A stretch of 63,671 nt of DNA, filler included, from Dicyema japonicum (lineage: Eukaryota > Animalia > Dicyemida), in NCBI GenBank assembly GCA_011109175.1. It is 10 parts of 10 records of this genome, joined end to end, with 100 filler letters (N's around TTAATTAATTAA, not from the genome) between each part and the next. Parts side by side here need not be neighbours in the genome. Positions count along the whole stretch, not along the records: positions 23,501 to 27,382 come from RDEW01000125.1; positions 27,483 to 39,410 come from RDEW01000031.1; 8 more parts are not named here. One strand, 5' to 3'. Positions 25,480-37,941 of the stretch are shown in pieces; positions within the stretch are counted from its first letter, which is position 1; every line of letters starts with the position of its first letter. Position numbers and translations under genes: made by a program. The notes under the pieces were generated by a model that was given only the letters and a program-made list of their open reading frames with translations, searched no databases and was not told where the DNA came from.

Positions 25480-25930
25480 ATGTGTACGAAAGCTTCTCGT
25501 TGTAATTATACAAGGCTTAATTGTTTCCAAAAACTCGAAATTTTGAGATATAAAGATGAGAATAACACTACATCGTGCAAGCAATCGCTCACAGATTTTC
25601 TGATTTATTTAACATTCGAATTTCAAGAAAAATAGAGAATAATATTCTTAATTCCCGAGTCCATATTAAAACATCTAAAAATTATATTCCTTCAACAAAG
25701 ACATGCAAATCATTAAAATTTCCTGAACTTGATACTAAGCTTGTTGAATGGATGGATTTGATGGAATCTAAGGGTATTTTTAATTTATGTTAGATCCTAA
25801 TATCAAACAATGCACAAAATATTGCTGAAAAGTAATCAATTAGTGATTTCAAGAATTCTAAAGGATTTCTAACACGATTCAAAAAAGACATGGTTTTCGA
25901 ATGCATAATTTTTTGGGGATATAAAAAACA
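25480..25930 (+). mobile_element. pogo/Tigger transposase CENP-B-type HTH remnant
   Basis: KFPELDTKLVEWM and FKNSKGFLTRFKK, with stops and frameshifts. Confidence 0.65.
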
Positions 25931-26389
25931 ATGAAAAACGACCACCAAAAATTAAAGCTGAAAATGCAAAGATCTTACTTGTTAAGGAACATTTAAGAAG
26001 GAATTACTGTGCAAGAAAATCCTTGAAGAACTACTTGTTAAGGACCAAATTAGGAATGACTACTTCATATCATTTCATTGGACGAATATGAGAAGGATTG
26101 AGGAAATGTAGGAAGGTTAGCTTTTATGGACTGCTGAGAATGTATTGAATATCGGTCCGGATAGTAGGCAGGATGAAGATAAGGACTCTGATGGAACACA
26201 CCTGAAGCACGTGTATGGTGTCACCGTGGTCTTGGGATGTCAAAAAAATATTGAATGAAATGTCGAATATACAGCGATACAAATAAAAACGAAACACTCA
26301 TTTTCTCGATTTTTTATATTGAATGATTAATTTTTTAACAAAAATAAAATTTTAAAAATACAAACTTAACTTTAGCCTTTAAAAAATTA

Positions 26390-27382
26390 AAGCGCCCTAA
26401 ATTTTGGTACGTAATTAAATCCAGTTTTTTCCGAACAAAATAAAAAAGAACAAAAAAATTCTCAATTTTTTTCAAAGTTTTTTGATCCCATTTTTATTTT
26501 ATTACACGTGTTGTTTCTTGTTACATGGTTCTTCAACTTATATACCAAGGAAAAAGATAAATTATTGCTTATTATAAACTTGGAAAGTCATATTGACAAA
26601 TTCGAAATCTTACCGAAAGATCATTCAGTGCTATCTCGAGAGTCATTAAAAACTTCACCATGAATGATTCCTTCGAGAGAAAAAAAGGCTCAGGGCGAAG
26701 ATTTTCCCTTAACTCTGATGATCTCGAAATAATTGAACGTGAACAAAAAAGTGATGTTAATTTCAATTCTGTAAAATGTTTGGAAATTTTACGTTCTGAA
26801 ACGGGAACTGTTGTCACATCACAGACAGTGAGGAACTACCTGAACAGACTGAATATATCGAAGTTTCAGCATACTAAAAAGCCATATCTATCAAAAAACA
26901 CAAAATGAGACTTTCTCAGTTCACAAAGTGGAACATGTTACCAAATGTGTTCTGGAATCGAGTTATCTTTAGTGATGAATCGAAATTTAATCTATTTAAT
27001 CCCGATGGACGAAAATTTGTCTGGAGAAAGATGGGAGAAAAACTTGTGAACAAAAATGTTACCACAATAGTGAAGTTCGGAAAAAGGAACGTAATGGTTT
27101 GGGGCGCATTCACATCTGAATGTTTTTCGGATCTTGGTGGATAAAAGGAATTATGAATGGGAACTTACACGTAGGCATCTTGATGAACAATTTGTTGCCT
27201 TTTTTGGAGAAAACAGGAATCCGGTCTCCAATTTTTCAGCAGATGCAAGGTGGCTAAAGATTTTTTCAATAAACACGTAATTGAGTTATTACAATGGCCC
27301 CCTCAAAGTCCCGATTTGAATCTAATCGAGCACATGTGGGCCTTCATGAAACAAAAAATAAGGGGAACCGAATTAAAAAAAA
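26390..27382 (+). mobile_element. Tc1-family transposase pseudogene
   Basis: GSGRR, FSDESKFNLF..DGR, VMVWGAF and WPPQSPDLNLIEHMW, frameshifted. Confidence 0.9.
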
Positions 27383-27482
27383 NNNNNNNNNNNNNNNNNN
27401 NNNNNNNNNNNNNNNNNNNNNNNNNNTTAATTAATTAANNNNNNNNNNNNNNNNNNNNNNNNNNNNNNNNNNNNNNNNNNNN

Positions 27483-27810
27483 ATGGAGATCACTGAGTTG
27501 AGTTTGTTTCCGCATTTGATTTGTAACACCGCGACACGGTCAGATACTGCCCATACTCTTGAGACACAGTGAAACAAGTGCCGATGAACAGCAAATCCGA
27601 GCCCATAGTGCCTGCAGTCTGGTGTGAGGGTCAAAAGGTAAAAATTCTGAAACAGTTCTGCAGATTGTTCGGTTATTTTCGTCTCTTGCAAACAACAGAC
27701 AGAGATGTTGTATTTACTCAGATCACGCGCCAATTGTTGTTTCTTGTAGCTCTGATTGAGGCCTCGGCAGTTGAGGGATCCAAGAGTGAGGGGAGAAACT
27801 GGTAAGCAAT
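27483..27810 (-). mobile_element. LINE apurinic-endonuclease N-terminus (RTE-like)
   Basis: LNCRGL, CCLQETK, YGLGFAV and VSDRVAVL. Confidence 0.8.
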
Positions 27811-28334
27811 ACGAATATAGGATTAATTTTATTTATTAAAAAATGTTAGGTTGATCCAATGACGTCTTGGATTATAATTTATTTATGTTTAATTAAATAA
27901 AATAAATTTAATTTTAAATTATTTTTATGTAACACGTTGTCTTATGCTTATTTATTTGTCACTTATCATTAATTTGTGATTAAGAGAAGATCACTGCGCC
28001 AAGCTAAGGATACTGTTGGAACTTGTTAGGATCACTTAGCTCTGGATTTTTAAATGTGGTCTTCGAGTTGTCTTATGCTTATTTATTTGTCACTTATCAT
28101 TAATTTGTGATTAAGAGAAGATCACTGCGCCAAGCTAAGGATACTGTTGGAACTTGTTAGGATCACTTAGCTCTGGATTTTTAAATGTGGTCTTCGATTA
28201 ATAAAAATATAAACAATTGTCTATGATTATAAAAGGCCGATATGATGTCATTTACATGATTTTTGAAGCGATTCTGAGACAATCTGTTTTAATATTCATT
28301 ATTCCTTTATTTTTAAAAGCACGATATGGTGAAT

Positions 28335-28668
28335 GGGTGACTTAGTGGTTAGGTGTTGGGCTAAAGTGGCTTAGGTCACGCGTTCGATTCTCGCTGCTGC
28401 TCACCTGGTGGAAGGTAACCACGCATCTACGATGCGGAAATGACTTGACGAGTGACGCTGTCATCAGTGGAGATTCACTGCGGAACTGGATAGTCAAAAG
28501 GATATACACACAAGAAAAAGAAAAAACAAAGAAGTGAAGAGCATTCCTTGGTTCTTCCTCTACGATTAGTTATAATAACTGTTCTTTACTTAAATAAAGT
28601 GTGTATTCTGCACGAGCGAAACCCTAGGCATCTTACGTTCTTATGGCAACGCCGTAGTGCTTTAAAAA
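28335..28668 (+). mobile_element. SINE family A with TSD
   Basis: A/B boxes present. 11-bp TSD ATATGGTGAAT at 28324-28334 and 28669-28679. Variant 3' tail. Confidence 0.9.
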
Positions 28669-29139
28669 ATATGGTGAATAGTTAAGTTATAGTATTCTTC
28701 TAATAAATTTTAACAAAAATTTTATCGAGTAACCTAATTTTAAATATCTTCATGATACAACACATTGTTGTGTAGGTGCTCAGAACATGTTGGAGGCTGA
28801 TTTATATGTTGAACGCCTGCTCGTAAAGAAAACCTCATAAAACGGTTGCCTCAGACTCAACATCCATTTTCCTCTCTCCTAAAAAGCGATTAATAGATAT
28901 TATGTTGTGACCAAGAAAGTTTTCAACCTTATTAATTCTTGATTGAACTAATATTTGATTTATTGAATAAACCATCATTCTTCCAAAAAATTTCAATCAT
29001 AAAGGGAGACTCAGTCAATTTTAAGTCATAAATAATTTATATTTGTTTTAAAAAATTCTTTAACATAATCTGAATAAATTTTGTAATTTTCAATTAAGGT
29101 ACTATTTTATCTATTTTTTGAAAACAAAATAAAATAACA

Positions 29140-29420
29140 AAAAGCGGCCAAGGCGGCCTTGTGGCTATTCCATTTTAGGATTGCAAGCGAGATTCGCTCA
29201 AATTATCAGCTCATGAGAATCTCCTGATCATGTAGAAATCTGATTCCCTAGAAAACACAAGAATTCTAGCGTCACAGACGCAAGGGAACCAGATATCTCA
29301 ACGCCCAGTGAAACAAACAAAAAATCCTTGGATAGACGCATGTGAGACCCAGTTGCTTCTCCAGTTGATCTCTGTTGCAATCGTGAGAGGCAACGCAACG
29401 TCGATAATGTCACACTTTGT
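29140..29420 (-). mobile_element. CRE-like LINE 3' remnant (related remnants near 10550-10850 and 31600-31800)
   Basis: Minus strand FLFVSLGVEISGSL..ERISLAILKWN. Confidence 0.55.
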
Positions 29421-30913
29421 ATGGATGACTGTTTTAATTAATTATTAATTAAAAAGATTATTTTTATATATAATTTTCCATAAACCAATTTTAAATGGCT
29501 TGAAATAATTTCCACGGATTAATTATCATGATTGTTCTTACTTCTTAAATAAAATGTGAGTTCTGCCTAAGCTGATGTTTAATAATGGAAACATTACTAC
29601 TCTTTGTTCTGTTGTTGTTGAATTTTTAAAAATCCAATAAGTTAAGTAAAATCAATATATTGAATAATGATTTGGTTATAGTAGATCGATTTTCGAATAA
29701 TGAAACCTTTTGAATTTATAAAATGAATAATTGTAAAATAGCTTTTGATTGTAATAAAAAGATATTGATTTAAGATACAATTGACCCTAATACTTTCAAC
29801 AAAACTAATATAATTTTGCTTAAAAATTATCATTTAGGGTATAATTCGAAATTTTACCAAATTAATTTAAAAATTTATCTGCAATCCTCAGCTTAAGTAG
29901 AATTCTCAATTCTAAGAAGCAAGAACCGTCATGCTAATTACTCCAAGGCATTGAGAATGTTCTTGACTTCTCTTCATTTTCTTTCGCTTGTGTGTGAGTC
30001 CCGGAAGACAATCCGATTCTACGATAATTAAACACTAATAACGGCGTCAATCGTCATCCCAGAAAGGTCGTAGATGCGTGGTATCTTTATGACTGATTTA
30101 TAAATGTTTTAATAAATAATTTGTTTTGAAATTATTATTTAAATGTAATTTTTCATTTGTTGTAAACATAATAAATTTTAATATTAGAACCGATTCTAAG
30201 AATCACTATTCGTATTCTTAGAAATTTTTGGTCCATTATTTTGAATATTTAATTTTGTTACTACACTTTGCAAATTAATTCCTAATATTAGTTACTATAA
30301 AGAATAATTTATAGACTTTCTACAATATTGAATTCCTCCCATTGCAAATACTAATCTATAAAGATTTATATTCTTATGGGTTTAAAATAAAATTAAAATT
30401 TCACTTTTTAGAAGTATAATTTTGTAACATAAAAAAGAAATACCAAACTCCTTGACCGGTCCACATTCCGTGCAATTCTTGTCATGACTACTTGATAGAT
30501 TAAAATAGAAGTTTTTGTCTTCTGAAAAAACCTGGGCATATTGCTACACTAGAATTCATGACTTCCATGCAACAATATGACTTCTCAAGTTGATCTCTAT
30601 CGATATAGTAGAGAATTTGTTAAATTAAAATTTGATAATTTAGTAATACTCGATTTGAAGGTTTCTGTAAATTTAAAATACTTTTATAAATTGTTTTTAA
30701 AAATTAAAAAATTTATCACAAATTCAAAAACTATTTTTAATTTTATAAAAAATTTAGTTTTTAAATTTAATAAAGTTCGATTATAAATTAATGAAACATA
30801 CTATGACAAGTAAAACGTTTTGTCAATAAGTTATATTGTGAATAAAATATTAAGGAAAATTAATTTTATTAAAATGAAAAAATGAAAAATGAAGTTAGTA
30901 AGTGAACTATACT

Positions 30914-31081
30914 TTAAATTTTATCAAGTGAATTAGGATCATCTTTTAGTTGCTCAAATATTCTTTCTATTTCTCTGTCTAAAACGTGTCCAAGTTTGAC
31001 AGTAAAAGTTCCATTGTCATCTGGTGTATTGTTGGTTTGATTGCTTGAAGATTCATTCATTGAGTCATTTCTCTTTACCAT
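30914..31081 (-). CDS. Putative 55-aa microprotein
   Basis: AAAATG start and a clean ORF, MVKRNDSMNESSSNQTNNTPDDNGTFTVKLGHVLDREIERIFEQLKDDPNSLDKI, in an otherwise very AT-rich region. No homology recognised. Confidence 0.3.
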   Translation of the reverse strand: MVKRNDSMNESSSNQTNNTPDDNGTFTVKLGHVLDREIERIFEQLKDDPNSLDKI

Positions 31082-33665
31082 TTTGTAAATCGAAATTTTT
31101 CAGCTTTTTATATTAAATTTCGTGTTTCCATGGCAGATATTAATTTTATATCATATCGAAGGTTTATTATCAATGCAATTATTAGTAATTTGAAGCATAT
31201 AATTTTAGTCTTTAAACTCCCAGAAGATTGAAAAATTCAAACTCCCAAATGAGTAAATATAATTTTGAAAATGTTAAAAATCCCATTTATTTAAAGTAAA
31301 GGTAAATTTGTTCAAAGTTAAGTAAAGGTACAATATAGACTATATTATAAAATTTTATCAAATGTGAAGAGTTAGTCTTATAAGTGGACTTCGGTTAGAT
31401 GGATATTTTGTTAGCTATTGATTTCTATTTTAAAAATAATTTTTATAAAATGTTATTGATTTAATTGGTAACTAAAGTATGAATTATAAATTAAGAGATG
31501 AATTGACAATTTATATTATTGGATTGCTTATTATGAAGAGGAGCGGAGATAAGAGAGAAGAAATGGCTTAGTGAGCTTATTTCCTTACAAATCGTGAAGC
31601 GAATACATTGTCAACTTTAAGAGCGGCCACCTCTGGCTAAAGGAACATTTAGTGTTTGTTAATTTTTTTTTAAATTAAAAATATTTTTTACGTAAGAAAA
31701 AATTCAAAATATTCCAGCTGTAAGAATTGAGTTGCTGTTTCCCCCGACTACTGCCAGAGAAATCTTTTGGAACACCCACTTGGTTTCTCGAAGCTAGTTA
31801 TCAATTGTGATATTATAGACCCAAGCAATCTTAGAAAAAATATGTAAAAATAAAAAATTATTAACATTTACTCTAAACATAGAATTAGAATTTTTAATGT
31901 TAAAATAATTTTATTAGTTATAAGATACTGATTCCAAATTTCTGATTGTCAACTATGCCACGTAGCGCCAACGTTAGTGTGGTGCTATGTAGATACTTGA
32001 ATTGAAGATTTTTTGATGTTTCTTTTGTGTCTCCTTTTCCCTTTTTTGCTTCAGGTAGCATGAATTATTAGCGTGCGTCATGTGGTTTAAATCTCTGGGC
32101 AGATATAATCCGAAACTACTAAGGGAGACCGGAATCACCAGAATTTTTTCATTTTGGCTATGACGGTGTTTATTTGGTTCAGTAAATTTAAATTTCTTAC
32201 ATACATTTATTTACAAAACAAAACACTTAAGAAATTTTTTGAAATTATCTGGATTTTCCTAAATTTAAATATTATTTAATTAATGTTTATAAGTATGATT
32301 GTAAATAAAATTTTATGTCTGTCTTCTTTATTTTATAATAAAACTGAAACTTTTAAATTAAAAAGCTTTCTTTTATAAAATGTTAGTCAAAAAGGCATTA
32401 GTTTAAGTCCAATTATAAAATAAAGATTTGATTTTTATTCTGAATAGGAATTAAATTTTGAAATTAAAATTTATATTTGAGATTATGCTTGATAAAAATT
32501 TTAAAGGATATTATCTACATCGCAAATAATTGTATGTTTTCCATTATTCCTATAATCAATAAATATTAAATATTTTTATGTCTAAAGACAAATAAAATCG
32601 AAGTAAAATCGAATTATATTTGTCAAATATTGAAAGCGCTCAAGATTGAATTATAAATTTGTCAAAATTTAGTTATTGTAATATATCGATTTATTTTATT
32701 ATTGAAATATAAACATAACTACTATTTAAAATTTTTGTGTGAACAGGATTAGATGGATGGTCATGGGGTGCACATGGTAAAGAGTAAAATCACAGCTCCA
32801 TCACCTTCATTCTTTAAATTTATTAACTATTCGTTGTCTCATTTGATTAAAAGTGGGAACTTGCTAAAATTAAAAAATTCAGACTAAAACTGAATATTAT
32901 TACTGTAAATGATCATTTAATAATACAAAATCTAGTAAACCTCTCTACTAATGTTGGTCGAGTGGTCGACGCTTATCCAATAATGTCAGCCTTCATCGTA
33001 TTTTTAGTCTATTGAGATCANNNNNNNNNNNNNNNNNNNNNNNNNNNNNNNNNNNNNNNNNNNNNNNNNNNNNNNNNNNNNNNNNNNNNNNNNNNNNNNN
33101 NNNNNNNNNNNNNNNNNNNNNNNNNNNNNNNNNNNNNNNNNNNNNNNNNNNNNNNNNNNNNNNNNNNNNNNNNNNNNNNNNNNNNNNNNNNNNNNNNNNN
33201 NNNNNNNNNNNNNNNNNNNNNNNNNNNNNNNNNNNNNNNNNNNNNNNNNNNNNNNNNNNNNNNNNNNNNNNNNNNNNNNNNNNNNNNNNNNNNNNNNNNN
33301 NNNNNNNNNNNNNNNNNNNNNNNNNNNNNNNNNNNNNNNNNNNNNNNNNNNNNNNNNNNNNNNNNNNNNNNNNNNNNNNNNNNNNNNNNNNNNNNNNNNN
33401 NNNNNNNNNNNNNNNNNNNNNNNNNNNNNNNNNNNNNNNNNNNNNNNNNNNNNNNNNNNNNNNNNNNNNNNNNNNNNNNNNNNNNNNNNNNNNNNNNNNN
33501 NNNNNNNNNNNNNNNNNNNNNNNNNNNNNNNNNNNNNNNNNNNNNNNNNNNNNNNNNNNNNNNNNNNNNNNNNNNNNNNNNNNNNNNNNNNNNNNNNNNN
33601 NNNNNNNNNNNNNNNNNNNNNNNNNNNNNNNNNNNNNNNNNNNNNNNNNNNNNNNNNNTAATTAA

Positions 33666-34520
33666 CGTCCGCTTCGACGAACTTGGTTGGAAACAATGTA
33701 AGCTTCCCTCTGGATTTGGGGGTGTCGGAATGAGATCGGCGCTGGAGGTTGCGTACCCGGCATACCTATCGTCTCTCTCAAGCTGCAGTCATTTGACACT
33801 GCAAGTCCTTCATAACACAATTGGACTTCGCTGGAATGAGTCATTTGACGAAGCTTGTCGGAAATGGAACGGGTCCGGACTCAAAATCCCCGAAGACACA
33901 ACGAAGCAAAGTAATTGGGATGACATTGTCTGCTCCAAAATTTTGGAAGACCTTAAAAAGAAGCAAATCAACATCGTCTGGCTTGTTTGGTATCAGCTTC
34001 AAGTAGAGGGAGTGGAGCATGGCTTGGTGCAATACCTTGCCCAAACCTCGGGACCTTTTTGGACGACGATTCTTTGAGGATTGGAATCGGACAAAGGCTG
34101 GGACTAGACGTTTGCCAGGAGCACCGATGCCGATGCGGGAAAACAGTCGATGCGAAAGGATTGCACCCGCTGTCCTGCAGAAGAAGCGCCGGAAGGGGAC
34201 CACGTCATGCTGCTCTGAATGATGTGATCGTCAGAGCTCTGAAGGCTTCAGGCTTCCCAGCACAGCTTGAACCAGTGGGTCTTGATCGAGGAGATGGGAA
34301 GAGACCTGACGGGATGACCCTTTTCCCCTTCACGTCTGGAAGATCTTTGGTCTGGGACGCAACTTGCATAGACACGTTCTCAAGCACGAACATTTTTAAA
34401 TCTGTTCAGACACCTGGAGCAGCTGCTTCGACCGCGGAAAACGTAAAAATCAAGAATATTCTTGTCTCGGGGATCGCTACCGATTTACTCCTGTTGCGAC
34501 CGAATCATCGGGAGCCGTTT
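33666..34520 (+). mobile_element. CRE-like RLE non-LTR retrotransposon (best-preserved copy)
   Basis: LP..LGGVGMRS, CRCG..HPLSC, RHAALND, DGKRPDG and VWDATC. Confidence 0.9.
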
Positions 34521-35384
34521 TAATAATTATTTTAATTCGTTTATCTTTATAAATTAATTAGGTCAAAAAATGTATATAAATTTATTCAAATTTTTGTTTA
34601 GCAGGCGGCACACTAGAAATTGTCTTGCGGCACACCGTTTGACAACCTCTGTTCTATAGTGTAGCCAGACGACCTAGGCTTTTGATTGTAGACAAAACAT
34701 TCCTGCTTATTCCTCTATTTGTGTCGACATCAATTACGCAGATTATTTTTTAAATGTTAAGTATTATGTTGTTTAATTTAAAAGTAACAATTAATAATTA
34801 ATTAACACAGCCATCCATCCGAACTAGACCCCGCACACACTATTACTTTGCGTTGTTTCTCACGATTCAACAGAAATCAACTGGATAAACCATCTGTGTT
34901 AAGTTATATATTTTTATAAATTTATAAAATTTATCATCCATAACACAATTATCAATCTTGAAAATAAGAATTTTAGAAGTTTCAAAATCTAACTGGAAAA
35001 TCACTATCTTCTCAGTTTTTTTTGTTGGCTTAAAACTTCAGGCTGTTAACTTGAAAGTTTCCTAACTTTCCAATACCGATAGAATACAAAAGTTTAATGT
35101 TTCTCGACGAACCACTTTTTTTTATTGATGAGTCATCAATAATGTAAAATATTATCTAATTTTATTATGTTTAACAAATAAAATTTAATCAACTTTTCAT
35201 TTATAGGTCAAATTTGTTATACTATATTTAATTGACTTTTTAAGGTCAATTTTTTTATTATAAGGGAACTTTTCGGTTGTCCTATTGATGACCTTAAATC
35301 GTCGCAAGAGAAGCACAAGTTTAGCATCTCTTCAACACTATAAAAAAACCCTTTAATGATATTTTCATTAAAATCAAATTATTA

Positions 35385-35695
35385 TTAAAAAACACTTTCA
35401 CAGAACCAAAGAACGTTATATTAACTAAAGTCTCGTTTGTGCCACTCGTTTCAAAATCTGCTTCACTAGGCGTATCCATCGCCCTTCTGCTTTGCGCATC
35501 TGTCCTTAGATCTTGTAGGTCTTCTGCAGATTANTTAAAAAACACTTTCACAGAACCAAAGAACGTTATATTAACTAAAGTCTCGTTTGTGCCACTCGTT
35601 TCACAATCTGCTTCACTAGGCGTATCCATCGCCCTCTGCTTTGCGCATCTGTCCTTAGATCTTGTAGGTCTTCTGCAGATTAAAGATTTCTGCTA
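35385..35695 (-). mobile_element. RTE 3' end (duplicated at single N); another at 46585-46650
   Basis: Reverse complement of the 17440-17595 RTE tail. Confidence 0.75.
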
Positions 35696-35988
35696 ANATT
35701 ATTAATCACCCACTATAATAATTCCCAATTGTAAAATCTTATTACTGATAAGATTTTTAATCCCCAAACGAGATAATTATTGACGTTATTAGCTGTAGTT
35801 TTAAAAAGTCAAATGATATATGAAGATAATGTTTTTACTTATTTTTTAATTTGCTCAACAAATTAAAGTTTATATTTTGTCTACAGAAAAAAAATCCCAA
35901 GTCAATATTTGCTTAGAATTATCAAAATTTAAACTACTTTAAGTATTGATTTATTTTATTACGTACCTTCTATAAAATTAAGCGTTTT

Positions 35989-36302
35989 TTTTTTAGCCTT
36001 TTCACGAAAGCCATAGTATTTTATAGCTCCGCATAGGCAGGACACACACTTTATTTAAGTAAGGAACAGTTAATTTTAACTAATCGTAGAACCAAGGAAT
36101 GATCTTCACTTCTTTTTTTCTTTTTCTTGTGTGAGTGTCCTTTCTAGACAATCCAGTTCCGCAGTGAGTATTCACTGATGACGGCGTCACTCGTCAAACC
36201 ATTTCTGCATCGTAGATGCGTGGAACCTTCCACCAGGTGAACAGCAGCGAGATTCGAACCCGTAGCCTAAGCCACTTAAGCCCGACACCTAACCACTAAG
36301 CC
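35989..36302 (-). mobile_element. SINE family A with TSD
   Basis: Reverse complement of 1-319. TSD TAAGCGTTTT at 35979-35988 and 36303-36312. Confidence 0.9.
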
Positions 36303-36746
36303 TAAGCGTTTTATCAAAATCTATAATTTAACTTTATTAAAGTTATTCGAAAAATAATCAGTATTTTATTAAAAAATATAATAAAACAGCCCTCCCATTA
36401 AGGAGCAGTAATGCTTCAATTACTAAACCTCACTTTAGACAGAACTCACACTTTATTTAAGGGGTAAGAACAGTCATGCTAGTTAATCCAATACATTGAA
36501 AATGTTCTTGACATCTCTTTTTTTGGTAAGTCTTATATTTTATTTCCGATAATTAAAAAAAATTGGAAGTTATAGATTTTAAGTATGATGTAAAATCAAT
36601 AGACATTGATTTGATTTTTGTCGAATTTATTAGACATTAAGAACATTTATTAAGTACTACGATTAAAGTGGCGTTGCTTCTCATAATTGTAATATTGATT
36701 AACAGAAATAGTCACTGGGTTTTACTGACGTCATAGTTTATATAGC

Positions 36747-37941
36747 AGAGCCTTTCAAAAAATAATTCTCGCGGCACACTAATCGTAAAAAAAACAATCC
36801 ACGGCACACATTAAAAATTAAAAAATTGAATTTTTAAGATGTGTAAAACTAAGTACAAAAATTGGTAATTTAATGCCCAAATTTTTATTAATAAAAAAAT
36901 GAAATCTTAATTATTATTGTTTTTGCATATATCATCAACATCAGGTCGAATGGTTGACAAAGCCACCCGCATTTTAGCACAAATCCGACGAGAAACATTA
37001 TTATCTGACAAAGGTATCTTTATTATTTTTTGTTCATATTTATGACCAAACATAGTCCGAGCAATAATACGACAAGCAGGGATTATCAAGTAATCGCCAA
37101 TAATGTGAGGTTTTAGTTGTTTTGCTATCAATTTTGAGATCAGGTATGAACATTTCAATGATTCCTTTGTGTTTACAAAAGTTTCACTAAACATCATTTG
37201 ACTAGATCTACGATTTATAGTAAAAACTAAATAATACTTGTGTTGTTTTTTCAAATGGATAAAATAATCCACAGATTTTTCGGAATAGTCCGGATGTTTG
37301 GAAGTAAAATGTCTCTACAGTTTGCTAGGAACCATAGCATCATTTGCCAAAACTTCCATGCAAATTAGAAATTGAGGTAGTTTAGTTTATCTTTGCATAT
37401 AAATCCAAATGACAAATAAGAATCTTTATAAGAACGACGAAATGATTTACCCATAAGCACGTTGATGCGCACGTTATTAAAAAATTAATAAATAATGGTT
37501 AACCAATGTAAATGTCAGTTAATATATAATTATTAAGTGGTGTGGTGTGATCAACAAAAATCTCATGGAAAATAAAAAACGAAAAGAAGACAAAGTACGA
37601 GGAACAAATCCAGTNGAAGGATTCCGTTCCTTCTTCAATTCCTACGAAACCTTCATATGATCCACATGCTTCAAAAAACATTTAAAATTGATCATCATTT
37701 CCATACTTAAGGGGTTCTTAGTGGATATGAATGAACGCAATGTTCAGACCAGAGCTTTTCAAAAAATAATTCACGCGGCACACTAATCGTAAAAAAATAA
37801 TCCACAACACAAATTAAAAAATAAAAAATTAAATTTTTAAAATGTGTAAACTATTATCTTTTTAAATTAATTAGGTCAAAAATGTATATAAATTTATTCA
37901 AATTTGTATTTGGCAGGTGGCACACCGTTTGACAACCGCTG
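36747..37941 (-). mobile_element. hAT (Buster/Charlie) deleted transposase plus MITE ends
   Basis: SYLISKLIAKQLKPHIIG..LIIPAC..IPLSDNNVSRRI and GCGGCACAC subterminal motifs. Related pieces at 34520-34651, 46179-46335 and 50750-51060. Confidence 0.8.

Noticed and set aside
33004-33696. Long ORFs spanning N runs, and antisense ORFs such as 18586-19107
   Set aside because: Gap artefacts or shadow frames of the myosin and TE sequences.
36170-36200. Hammerhead ribozyme in SINE A antisense (CTGATGA..)
   Set aside because: No GAAA after the putative stem II. CTGATGATCTCGAAA at ~26715 lies in Tc1 coding sequence and lacks stems.
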